A stretch of 64,000 bases of DNA from Selaginella moellendorffii (taxonomy: Eukaryota > Plantae > Lycopodiophyta). Numbering within the stretch: position 1 is the first letter of the stretch; each line of letters opens with the position of its first letter. Positions 1 to 11,400 of the stretch are shown here, piece after piece. Location of the stretch: the NCBI RefSeq assembly GCF_000143415.4, contig NW_003314328.1, positions 647,889-711,888 of the forward strand. The letters are read 5' to 3'. The notes under the pieces are model-generated. The model searched no databases. It saw nothing but the letters and a program-made list of their open reading frames with translations, and had not been told where the DNA came from. Position numbers and translations under genes: made by a program.

Positions 1-74
1 AGAAACCGAGACGTAAGAGAGAAAAGTTTCAGAAGTTAGCTTGTTCTACCTAGCTGGTTTCTTCTCGTCGTCAA

Positions 75-590
75 ATGGCGGAGAACAGGTGATTTTCTTA
101 CATGTGTTTTTAATGAATACAAGTTCACTGTTGCAACAGGTTTGTCAAGCGATGTAAGAAATATTTGCTTGTAGGTGTAATGGATGATCTGGCCACTGTC
201 GTTGATTCAAAGCATGCCATTACGTTTGCCCACGAAGGGCACAGCGTTTGGCAAGTTGGACATGTCTTTACCTTCAGACACCCATTCAAGCAAACCGTGC
301 AGGAGGTGCCAGTCATTCTCGAAGTGGAAGCATTGTTTCGGAACTCGGATCTCATCCTCTTGAGACGGATGTATGGTGAGTTCCATAAGTATCCAGTGTT
401 GGAAATACCGCAGCAAGGCATGGAGTATTTCCTCCTTGGCTGCCGGCATGGACTTGTTGCAGTGAGACACGGCGTTGTGAGTGAAGATTCGGAGGAAGCG
501 TCCTCCATTCGAACAAATGGCTTCTTAATGGTGGATCTGTCAAGGGTGAAAGTGGTGGTGGACTCTTCGAAGCCGACAGTGGAGCTTTGA
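75..590 (+). CDS. Two-exon gene, trypsin-like (PA clan) protease-fold protein, apparently C-terminally truncated
   Basis: ATG at 75, GT-AG intron 89-139, in frame with ORF 165-590. HAITFAHEG resembles the LTxAHV His motif, SDLILLR resembles DLALL, and VRHGVVS resembles VTxGIVS. No GxSGG nucleophile motif appears before the stop. Confidence 0.45.
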
Positions 591-1316
591 TTGGCATGAA
601 CATCGGGGTTAACCATGAAGAGGAGTGTTGTGTTTTTGTCTCATCTTCTCTTCTCATGGAAATACTAGGCTAGGCTAGGCTCTGTTTTGTTTCCTTACAA
701 TATATCCATCTAAGCGCGCAGCAGCGTTCATTCCATCAGCGAACGGTGCTCCATTTGCGAGATGTTTTCGCGACGAGCGAGGATGTAGCTAGATGCTATG
801 GTGAGCTCGAGCCAGGGTAGAACGTCGAGATTCGAGAAGGCGGGATTGTCTGTTTGGAAGTCGAGCTGTTGAACCATTCGAGCAGTCGAGAGACGACCAG
901 CTCCGCGTATGTCAGCTTTTTTACGTCGAAATCTTTCTCCCACAGAAGCCGCAGTCACGCTGGTTTAGCAGACAAGACAAGGTATGTGCCTGATTGATCT
1001 GCTAGGACGATCTAACCATCTAGCTTGTGCAGTGGAGACTATGACGCCGGGAAAATTTCTTGAGATGACAAGATGGATGTGTGGCTAGAGATTCGCTATG
1101 CTTTGATGTGTTCTCTCCGCGTTGGCAAGAACTTGCGAGTTTATGACACACCAGTTACTTGCGCTAGCAACATGATCCTGTAAAAGAGCTGTAGCCAAGC
1201 TAGAAATGCACGCGGCAGCATCAGGCAGGAACTCGGCTGGTCGAGATTCGGTTCCGTCTCCCAGAACTAAGGAGTGATATTTCACGGCGGTCGCTCTAGG
1301 GTTTGGGTTTGCGTGA

Positions 1317-2570
1317 ATGGAGGGCAATATTCTAAGCGATGTCTTCCAGCACCTCGAGGTGAGCAGCTCCATCTGTGGGGTGTAAGTTGCCAAATTTGGA
1401 TTTTTTGCAGCAGCATCGCTCTGCGGATGCGGATGAGCGAAAGTGCCGCGAGTACCAGCAGCTTCTTGTCAAGGTAAGCAGGATCGATTTCTGGAAGAGT
1501 AAATTCTCCATCGATTTGCGTTGCTGATACGCAAGAGAGCTGTGACAGGGCGAGAGTTTAATGCTGTTTTGTTTGTTTCCGCAGCAACGCACTGAGGTTC
1601 AACACCTTCTCGAGCAACAGCAGCAACTCAACGAGCAGCAGCAGCGGCTCAACAAGCAACTCCAGCAGCTGCTCCGGCTGCCGCCAGAGCCAAAGCCAGA
1701 GCCAGAGCCTACTGTGGTCTTTCCAAAGGTATCACCTTTAGCTCCTGTTCCTGCTTTCTTTCCTCTTAGATCATCAAGCTTTCTTCTTTTTCTTCTCAGG
1801 AAGAACCTGTGCTGCGAGTTGTGAATGGCTGGTACACTGGCTGGGACATAATTTCCAAAGCGCGGGAGGATGCGGCAATCGTCGGGATCGACCAGTTTGG
1901 CCACCGTGCAGTACACTTGCCCGATCATGCGTGCGTCGTGGTGGCTAGAGACGGCCTCGAAGTCTTCCAGCGGCTTGATCTTCGCTTCCCGAAAGCCATA
2001 GACAACAAGACGACCACTGGCTACGTTCTCTCGGACTATGATATGTGTGGAGACAATGCCGCCGGAGCTCGAATGGTGGTAACCGAGGACCACATTTCGC
2101 CAAGCATGGGAAGCGTGGGCACGGATCGTTACGAGGACGAGCCTGGAGAGCATTTGGTGATGGGATGCGACGAGTCTGGAAAGCTGATAGTCCGCTGGGG
2201 ACAAATGCTTTGGGTCAAGCTTCCCAGCGGCTTGAAGATTCCAGATTTTTACCGCGAGAAATGTGCGCACTTCGGCATCGGGAGCGGTGCGGAACTCGAT
2301 GGAGGTGCAGTCTTTACTCGTGGTAAGTGAATCTTGGTATTGTTCTTGTTTGCTGTTCGTTGGTAACATGGTTCTTGATGTGTTTCAGCTGGTTTCCTTG
2401 GCATAGCTACGAGAAATGATGAGCGGAGTTACTGGATTTGGCGAGTCTGTGGGACGGAAGCTCCTTGCGTGCGGATTAAAGTAATCAAATGCAAAGACAA
2501 GCTTGCAAAAGCAGGATTTGTAGCAGAGAAGTTGGAGGCCACAGCCTGCCATGAAAGCTTACTGTCCTGA
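1317..2570 (+). CDS. Five-exon gene: Q-rich coiled coil, PEPK linker and degenerate trypsin-like domain
   Basis: Exons ~1317-1358, 1411-1473, 1585-1728, 1800-2322 and 2389-2570 join in frame via GT-AG. The C-terminal GAELDGGAVFTRAGFLGIA resembles GxSGGPVFxxxGxLVGI. Confidence 0.5.
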
Positions 2571-2776
2571 GGTTTGTCACTCCTTGCCAGGTACTTCTTG
2601 GAACTTTGAAGTTATTTCTAGGATTCCTGGAGAAATTGAAGAGCGTTTAGTTATGATACTTGAGAATTCGACCTGAATATAAAATCGGCTCTTTTTCTTG
2701 GATTTGCCTGCTGGGCTCATGGTTTCTTCCAGGACCTTTAGCTTCACGCTCTTGGCTGCAGCCACAAAGAGTTCCA

Positions 2777-4895
2777 TGGCCGTTCACTCTCGGGCTCGAC
2801 AGGTGAAACTGGACGCTGCGATCTTTGTTGGGAACGCTCTGATGATTCCGATGGACGTTTGACTCTGGTTTTTCATGACGTTATGTAGAGAACGACGAGT
2901 TTGCCACCGCTTTGGAGCTCTTTTCGCTGGCACTGTTTCGTGATACTCGGACTGTCGTGACTGTTCTCATGGCTTGTGAAAGCCTGACCTTGGCAGCAGA
3001 AAAGTCGACATCATATTTTGGAGAAAACTAACTGGAAAGCACAACACTCTGCTAGATGCTTATACGAAGTGTGGCAGCGATTCGAGGAAAGTATTCGCAA
3101 GCATGCAGCGTCACGGTGTTGTGTCATTGAACGCTCTAATGCTTGGGTATGTAGGGAACGGGAAGGACGAGCTGGCACTCGAGCCCGACTTGCGGATGCT
3201 AGGACGTAGCTGCTGTGGCCTGTGCTGGACTATCAGCAAGAGAAAAAAAGCAGTGAACTCGATGTGAAAGGAACCAGGATCCATCTTCAAGCTCGAAACT
3301 GTGGGTTTGATTTGGAACTTTTCGTGGCCAATGCTCTGACTGATAAGTCTTTGGTTGTTTTATGGGCGTTGCTGCTACAGGGGTACTGAGGTGGCGGTGA
3401 ACTTGCTTTGTAAGTCTTTCAAAGTGGCCTTCTCTGATTGCTTATTTCAGTTTGGCAGCAAAAGAAACGTTCAAATCCTGGAATCCACTCAACAGTTACG
3501 AGTTTCATCAAATGTGCTCTATAGCTTTCAAGGTTAAAGTTCTTCCAGTCACAACGATGCTCCCGAGTCTGAGAAAACTCTTCAATTTTTCATGTTTTAA
3601 GAAGTTCTAGGGGCAAAGCACCATGGCAGCTATGTTCACTCACAAATGTCAGGGTCAAAGCCATGAAGCCGAAGCTTGTAGTTGTAGTGTTTAGAACTCT
3701 CAAAAACGCAATCGGGCGAGCAACAGACATCTACTCATCCACGAACCCCAGACACGGAAACAATTTTTAAAAACTTTGAGCGTGTGAGCAAAAGTTGGCG
3801 ACTGTCCCCGCCAGGAACTCGTGCTGCTCACTCAACAGGGGCTGATCATCGGAGACTGGCAAAGGAGTTGGCTGATCATCTCTTGGAGACTCTCCACACC
3901 AGTGCCAAATTTGCCCAGAGCGGGAATCTAAACCGAATCCAGGAATTGTTTCCGAAGATGCCGTGGCACAGCAATGCGTCTGATAAAACTTGCTAATGCA
4001 AATTTACGCAGGCGTGGCAAAACCTTTGTATCGATTTGTCTTGGAAAGATCTCTATAAAAGATAGTCTCTTGTGAAACGCGGTAGCGTCTGCATATGCCC
4101 ATCCTTGGCGATGATAGATGTTATGACAAACGAACCACAACAGCAAAAAAAAATTGGTGGCAGGATTAGCAAGAGAACAAAGCTGTGAACTCGATGACAA
4201 AATGGTGAAGGCGCAGAAAGGAACCATGATTCATCCGTAAGCTCGGCAACATTTCATGGCCAATGCTCTCATTGCAAAGTGAAGTTTTTAGCGGTTTGAG
4301 GCATCCTGATGTTTCATTGGCATGACTGCTATGCACAGGGGTACGCGGAAGATGGAGGTGAACTTGTTGTAAGTTTTTCGAAGACTGGAGCAAAACGGTC
4401 ATGGTGTTTGTTAAATTGCTCGGGCTTTGGTCGCTGCTCTAATGGCTTGTTCCAGTTTGGCAGGAAAGAGCATGGAATGAAACTCAAATCTGTGGAGAAA
4501 TATCCCTGGAAATCCACGAGTGACACCGTCAAACATGCTTTGGTAAGTCTATTCAAACTGTGGATTCATGTTGGCAGTGTTTGACAAAATGAGTGTTTGA
4601 CATTGTCTCGTGGAATTCGCAGATCATCCTCGCTTGTGGCAGCATTCCAGAAAATCTCGCGGACATTCGTCGCCGCTCTCGCAGCTTGTGCAGCCCTTTC
4701 CGCTCATGAAGATGGAGAATTCTTGGCCTCAAAAGCTTGTCCAAACTTCTGTCGTCCAATTTTCCAGCCAAAACTTCTTCTTTTCCTTCAACTCGGCTCC
4801 TTCTCGTAAAAAAGTTCCTCGATGAAATTCTCGAAATTAAACGTTCTCGATGCACAAAGCGAAGTGCTCGCGCGCATAGCACCATGGCAGCTATG
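2777..4895 (+). pseudogene. Decayed PLS-class PPR sequences with internal partial duplications
   Basis: Fragments such as MAVHSRARQVKLDAAIFVGNAL, LLDAYTKCGS and FDLELFVANAL are broken by stops and frameshifts. 3230-3480 resembles 4160-4520. Confidence 0.65.
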
Positions 4896-5164
4896 TCATC
4901 AACTTAATCCGAGGAGCTTAATTACTTTAAAAAAAACACACCTCCAGTCGGACGTTTGCCGCCCGTTTCCCGCCCGGAATTCAAACTCGTCGCTTTAATG
5001 AATGCCACGCCGTTTAAAAAGTGGAAAAAAAAGGGGTATCATCGAATATTCGCAGTTGACGGTCCCACTTAAGATGCCGCTCTTGCCAACGGCCAGGATG
5101 TTCTAGGCCCGGACATACGTTTGATTTTCTTCCGTGTGGGCTCTCACCAGTGGAGGAGCGCGCG

Positions 5165-6096
5165 ATGGCGGTGAAGAACTGGGTCTCGCGGCTGGACAGC
5201 AAGGGCAAGATCGTGTGCTCTCTGGTTGTGGCGCTCAGTGTCTTCTCGGCGATTCTTGGCTTCTCGGCCGAGGGCGAGCGCGTCAGGGTATGTGTGATTC
5301 GATTTCTCCCCGTTCTTGCCCTATTCTCGCTCTTCCTCTCGATTCTTGGCTGGATTTCCTAGCAGCTGGGTTTTTCTTGATTGGATTCCAGTGCTGGGCG
5401 ATGCATTCCTTCTCAAGCTTGGGAATCTCTTTTCTTGTTCTTTCTTCCTTTTCTTGATACTCTGTACTAACGAAGACTTATTTGTTACGCGAAGCCCGAC
5501 GAGGTGCGTCGCGTCAATGGGGCGTGTACATATCCCAAGAGCTCGGCGTTGGGTCTTGGAATCAGCGCGGCCCTCTTCCTCCTCGCCGCCCAAGTCCTCG
5601 TTAACGTCTTTGGCGGCTGCATTTGCTGCGAGAGGAGATCGAGCTCCTCGTTCGTTTCCATGATCCGGCTCGCAACTTTGAGCTTGATCGCCTCCTGGTA
5701 AGTCAAGCTTGGTTTTCTCCTTGGTTCCCTAGCTTATAACTTTGCTCGATCTTGGGTCTCTAGCTTATAACGTTTGCTCGATCTTCCAGGATCACTTTCT
5801 TCTTCGCTTTCATCCTGCTCGTCGTGGGAGCAAGCTTGAATCAGCGCCACCAGGACGATCACTGGTTCACTGGCCAGTGCTTCGTCGTCAAGCGTGGGGT
5901 ATTTGCTGGTGCCGCGGTGCTCTCGCTCGCGACTGGAGCTCTGGGAGTTCTCTACTACTTCGCCGCCTCCGAGACGAGGAAGCAGGACTGGCAAAGCCAT
6001 CAACCGGGCGGTGTCACCATGGGCCAGTCGTATGGAGCTCACCAGTTTGGAAGCTACTCTCCATACCCACAAAGCAGCCAGTTCCCTTCCATTTGA
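5165..6096 (+). CDS. DUF1218 family (VCC/DEAL/MWL-like) four-TM membrane protein
   Basis: Three exons: ...SAILGFSAEGERVR | ...CTYPKSSALGLGISAALFLLAAQVLVNVFGGCICC...SW | ITFFFAFILLVVGASLN...CFVVKRGVFAGAAVLSL. These are hallmark DUF1218 motifs. Confidence 0.85.
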
Positions 6097-6520
6097 ATCA
6101 AGCTAAGTGGTTTCTTTCTCTTGGTACCATCTCTCTCGTGGAGCTTAAAGAGCTTAGATTTCTTGTCTAGGTGCTCGCTTGAATAAGAGAGCGTTCTTCC
6201 CGAGTCTTAAGACTTACTCTTTACGATCTTACGTAGAGCTTGTACGAGATCTCAAAGATAAGATTTCTTGTCCTTGAAAGCAATCAATAGAACTGGATTG
6301 TCTTGCTTCACGAGCAGCAGTATGGTTGTCTTCCAGGACTCGATGGAGCCATCGTTGGGCAAAGAGACGGACACATATTTTCTCCTATCAAAGATCTTCC
6401 TGTGGAGAAGTAAAGGAATTGTTCCCAGCTTATAGCACCGATTCCTATCAGACAGGCACCAAAACACTTGTTTAGATTTAAGAAAATGGTTCTTTTCTTG
6501 TTCTTCACTCACCTGTGTTG

Positions 6521-7889
6521 TCAATCCGGCTGAAGACACTCTCGAAGGACTCTCGTCGGCCATCCTTGTTTCGTGCTCTGGACAGCTGCATGAAGGCAGC
6601 GATCTGCAGCACAGGAGAGATTCAAGTTCTTAGCACCGTTGGAGAGGAGATTTTTTGAGAGCATACAGACATCTTTGTCGCGTTTCATCGCCACCATGAG
6701 CTCGCCCTTGGTGATTTTCCTGCAAGTTACTGAGGCGCTGTCCAAAAATAAAGAAGCTTACCCTGTGTTTTCAGAGTCGATCTTCGTGAACATGTCCAAT
6801 AGCCTTTGGTACTCCTTCACCGAAATTCCCACCGCCGCCGCTTGTGTCCTGGTGTAAGCAGCATCTCTTGCATTCTTGCTGGCTGCTCTTACAGCTCCAA
6901 ACGCTGCTGTTAGCTGCTCCATCGCCCTGTTTACGCACTAAACTAAGCTTACTTCTGAGAATTATCATCCGAGATCGAAAGTTTTTCCTTACCTTGCGTG
7001 AAATGTCAATGCGCTGTGAAGGAATTGCTCGAGAAGTTGCTGCAGACTCCTCGCAAGTCAGCTCTCCAAATAGGATGTACTTAATCCTCACCATGTAAGG
7101 CTCAAATGGATCACCAATGTCTCCCGGCCAGCGAGGGTGCCACCCTTCTGCGTGCGGTTTGAGCGGTATCTCACCTTTCCTCGCAGTCAAGAGATGTGGC
7201 ATCGTTTCTGATGGAAACATCTGGAAACGAAATGCATAAGTTAGAGCTTACTCTTGTAAGCTCGACTCTTTGATCTAAGCACTTACAACTTACTCTGGGA
7301 ACAACTCCGCGAGAGCCAAACTGCTGAATGGAAGCATCAAGAGCTACGTTGATCCTCTCTGCCTGCGATCAAGGAATGCTTCAAGGACTTAAAAGCCTTA
7401 GAAAAAAGAAGCTCAAGAAACTACCGTAGCATTGCGCATCTCTTCAGCAGCTAGTATCGCCTCGGCAGCAGTGTAAAGGCTAGAGACTTGTTCCTCTGTT
7501 AGAAACAAAGAGGAGAAAAATAAAAAAATAGAAGAGAAGTGTTCCACAAGTCATGGAAGAAACGCTCAAACAGGCAAGAAATTTGTTACCAGTTTGACCT
7601 TACGATTGCATTGATAAGCATCCATGCTGTTGCAATGGTTGAGCTTCTGCTCCAGCCGGGCGCAGGACTGGATTGCCCGCGACACATCAATGTCGTAGCA
7701 TTGGACACCTGATCGACAAAGAACACATAAGAAAACCGTAGAAAATCCCCCAAACTCACGCTTCATCTCCGTCGCCCATGTCTGCAGCGCATACCGGAGT
7801 TGCCACACCTTGCTGCTCCTCTGGAACTGTGGATCTCGCCACACAGCGCAATCGGTGATGATGGCGCGCGCGAGCTCCTCGCACGCCAT
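6521..7889 (-). CDS. Multi-exon uncharacterised protein with a C-terminal EF-hand
   Basis: Chain of short exons with GT-AG introns. Splicing at ~6762/6720 yields MFTKIDSENTG|KITKGELMVAM, a DxxxxGxIxxxE EF-hand loop. Exact 3' end is uncertain. Confidence 0.5.
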
Positions 7890-8483
7890 AGCCGAGCCTT
7901 AGGGCTCAACTGAAACAGGCGGCAGTTCTCATTTTAAATGTCTCTTACACGTGTCACTCATCCACTGGTTTTTTCCAGCGTGGATGCTGACATGGATAGA
8001 TTATACTTAAGTAATGTAAAATAACATCCTCAATCACATTTAGGCGCGCTCGCCAATCAATGCGAGCATAGGCATTATTATTCGATATGTACCGTGACGC
8101 TGTCGACGATGCTGCCCGCGAGCTACTACGACCTACTGCGACCCTATCGAGAGAGTCTCCCGCGACAGCGATCGCGACACCTCTCTGGTGCGCTATCGAT
8201 TCGATCGCTTTCGCCGCGACAGTGCCACTGCCCCTGCCCAAAAGCGCAAGCGCAATGCGCTGCCAGATAGCTGCTTAACAGGTACCATGGCCGCCGCTGG
8301 AAAGCGTGGCTAGGAGTGGAAGAATCGAGCCGCAAGTGTTCTTGACACCCCTGGCGTCACAATCTTTGCAGGGAGCGGCAGGAGCGATGGAATAAATGGC
8401 GGCATTCGCGCTGGGACTATCGCTGTTCATCGTCTAGGGCGCCGTACGCGAGGAGCAAGAACCCTGGGGTTTTTGGCGCTGGA

Positions 8484-11400
8484 ATGGCGCCTCGGCGATC
8501 AGGTAGCGAGCTCGCATCTCCTGCCTTTCCAGGATTTCAGGCTCACAATGCTCGCAGGTTTGGGATTCATCATCTATTGGAGTAGAGATTCGATATTACG
8601 CCGCCTCTGATCGATCTCTATCGTCTATCGCCGTGAGCAATGACGACGAGGCTACCGCGGACGTTCACCACTGGGACGTTCCCGACCGAATTCGATAGTG
8701 AGGTCGTGCCATCGTCCTTGGGTCCTATCGCCGCCATACTCCGTGTTGCCAATGAGGTCGAGCTAGACAGCCAACGAGTGGCTTATCTTTGTAAGTTTTT
8801 GTATAGCGATTCTGATCGATTTCTTATCTATGTTCTTCTCGTGGATTGATAGGCCGGTTCTATGCTTTCGAGAGAGCTCACTATGATGATCCTTCTTCGA
8901 GTGGTCGAGGAGTCCGGCAGTTCAAGACGGCGCTTCTGCAGCGGCTGGAGAAGGTCTGGAGTTTATTTTGTTTCGCTCTCTTCGTGTTCTTATTTCTTTT
9001 GGGCAGGATGAGGAGCCCTCCAGGCTTGCGAGGCGTGCAAGAAGCGATGCGCGGGAGATGCAGCAGTTCTACCAAAACTATTACGACAAATACGTCAAGG
9101 CTTTGGAGGCCGACCATCAGGACAGGTCTCATAGCCATGAATTTGAATGCAAAGCTTCACTGTGATTTGGATTAACAGGGCGTCGCTTGCGAAAGCTTAT
9201 CAGACAGCTGGTATTTTGTTTGACGTACTCACGTCTGTGACACGGCAGGACGGAGCGGAAGTGGATTCTGAAGTATTGTTTCTTTTTCGTTGTTTATGTT
9301 CTCGCAAAATAGTTTTTCTTACAACAATATTTTGTGCAGATGCAAGCTATGAACACTGATGTGACCAAGAAGAAAAAGGACATCAAGCACTACAACATCC
9401 TTCCGCTTGATGCCGCCGGCGCGTCCCAAGCCATCATGAAACTAGAAGAGGTACGTTTACCTTGTTCGCTAGTCGGGTTTTCCAATTTATGGTTTACAGG
9501 TCCGGGCTGCTCATGATGCAATAGCGAACGTTCGTGGTTTGCCAAAGAGAAAGGAAGCACCCTCAGACATTCTCGAGTGGCTTCAAGTGATGTTCGGTTT
9601 CCAGGTGTGTATTTGTTGTTCCGATTTCTCTCAGTTTCAACGATGAATTTCAGAAGGATAATGTCGCAAATCAACGAGAGCATTTGATATTGCTCCTTGC
9701 AAATGTCCATGTTTCTTTAGACCCAGAGCCGTCACCACTGTATAAGGTTTGTTTTGTATGGCTGCGAAATAATATTTGACAAGTTTTTTTGGTTTTAAAC
9801 AGTTGGATCAGCGTGCAACAGAGATTGTCATGAAACGAATGTTCAAAAACTATAGAACATGGTGCAAGTTTCTGGGGCGCTCAGACAAACTAGAGTATAC
9901 TGCTCTACTTTTTACTAGGTGCATGGTTCTGATCTCACACAACGTTACAGGCTTCCTGAGATACAATTAGAGGTGCAGCAGCGGATGATCTTGTACATGG
10001 CATTATACCTTTTAATATGGGGGGAAGCTGCAAACGTTCGATTTATGCCCGAGTGTTTGTGTTACATTTTTCATCATGTGAGTAAACTTCGTATATCCGT
10101 ACGGATGTTAACCAAGTTTAAGCTTGCAGATGGCGTCTGAGTTGTCGGGAATGCTTTCTGGGAGAGTTAGCTACGTCACTGGCGAGAATATAAAACCAGC
10201 CTATGGGAGCGAGGACGAGGCTTTCCTTAAAAAAGTCGTGACACCTATTTACAATGTGATTTTCAAGGTATGTGAGCTTTGGTTTTTCTACTGCTCATGA
10301 CGTATCTGCAGGAGAAAGAGAGTAACAGAAACGAAAGTGGCGGCAAGCCGCATTCTTCTTGGCGAAATTATGATGATTTGAACGAATACTTCTGGTTTGT
10401 ACATAGACACCCTCTTGGAAGTTCTAACAACTCAACGTGCAGGTCTAAAACGTGCTTCCGTTTGGGCTGGCCTATGAGAAAAGATGATGAATTTTTTGTT
10501 GGAGCGGCCGAAGAAGCACATAGCAGGTCTTCAAAGGTATTTTCATACTTCGTTATCTTAAAAGGCCTACTGTTTGTTTTTTACAGTTAGCAAGATTTTT
10601 ACCTCGAAAACCAAGTTGCTTAAAGACAAATTTTGTAGAAGCTAGATCATTTTGGCATTTATTCAGAACCTTTGATCGCATGTGGACGTTTTTTATCCTC
10701 TGGCTTCAGGTGAAATCTCGTCTTGATTGGCCTTTTTAAAACAGTGTTTGTTGCTTTCACAGGCGATGATTATCATTGCTTGGAATGGATCTGGCTCTCT
10801 AGGGGCGTTGTTTGAAGGTTCAGTGTTTAAGAAGGTTCTTTCTGTCTTCATCACGGCTGCTGTCCTCCGGTTCTTTCAAGGTAACTTCTGATGTGTTTCA
10901 TAACCAGGTACTAACACTTCGGAAACAGCTCTCCTTGATATAATATTCTCCTTCAAAGCACTCCATAGTCTCGGATATGTTGGTTCGATTAGGCTTGTAT
11001 TGAAAGTTCTGGTTTCTGCTTTTTGGATCGTTATCCTTTCGACCAGCTACGTCCACTCCTGGGAACATCCAACAGGACTGACGAGAACCATTAAAAATTG
11101 GCTGGGACATAATGGGGGGCCTTCCGTGTACTTGGTAGCTGTGATCCTGTATCTCGTACCAAATGCCATCGCAGCTATTTTTTTCTTGTTACCATGCGTG
11201 AGGCGAGTTGCAGAAGAATCAGATGCAATTCCCGTCAGAATTCTTCTTTGGTGGTCTCAGGTAAGTTTCTTTTTTGTGCACCTTATAGCTTCGTTTGTTT
11301 CTATGTTTTTTTTTCTTGCGACAGCCACCGTGCTACATTGGTCGAGGGATGCATGAGGAGCCTTTGCATCTTTTCAGGTAAAGATCTTTGACTATTCTTT

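Noticed and set aside
728-1393. Minus-strand ORFs of 76 and 102 aa
   Set aside because: Could not build a consistent spliced model or find a motif.
1599-2369. 256-aa minus-strand ORF
   Set aside because: Antisense to a coherent spliced + strand gene. The poly-Cys tail is the reverse of CAG/CAA Gln codons.
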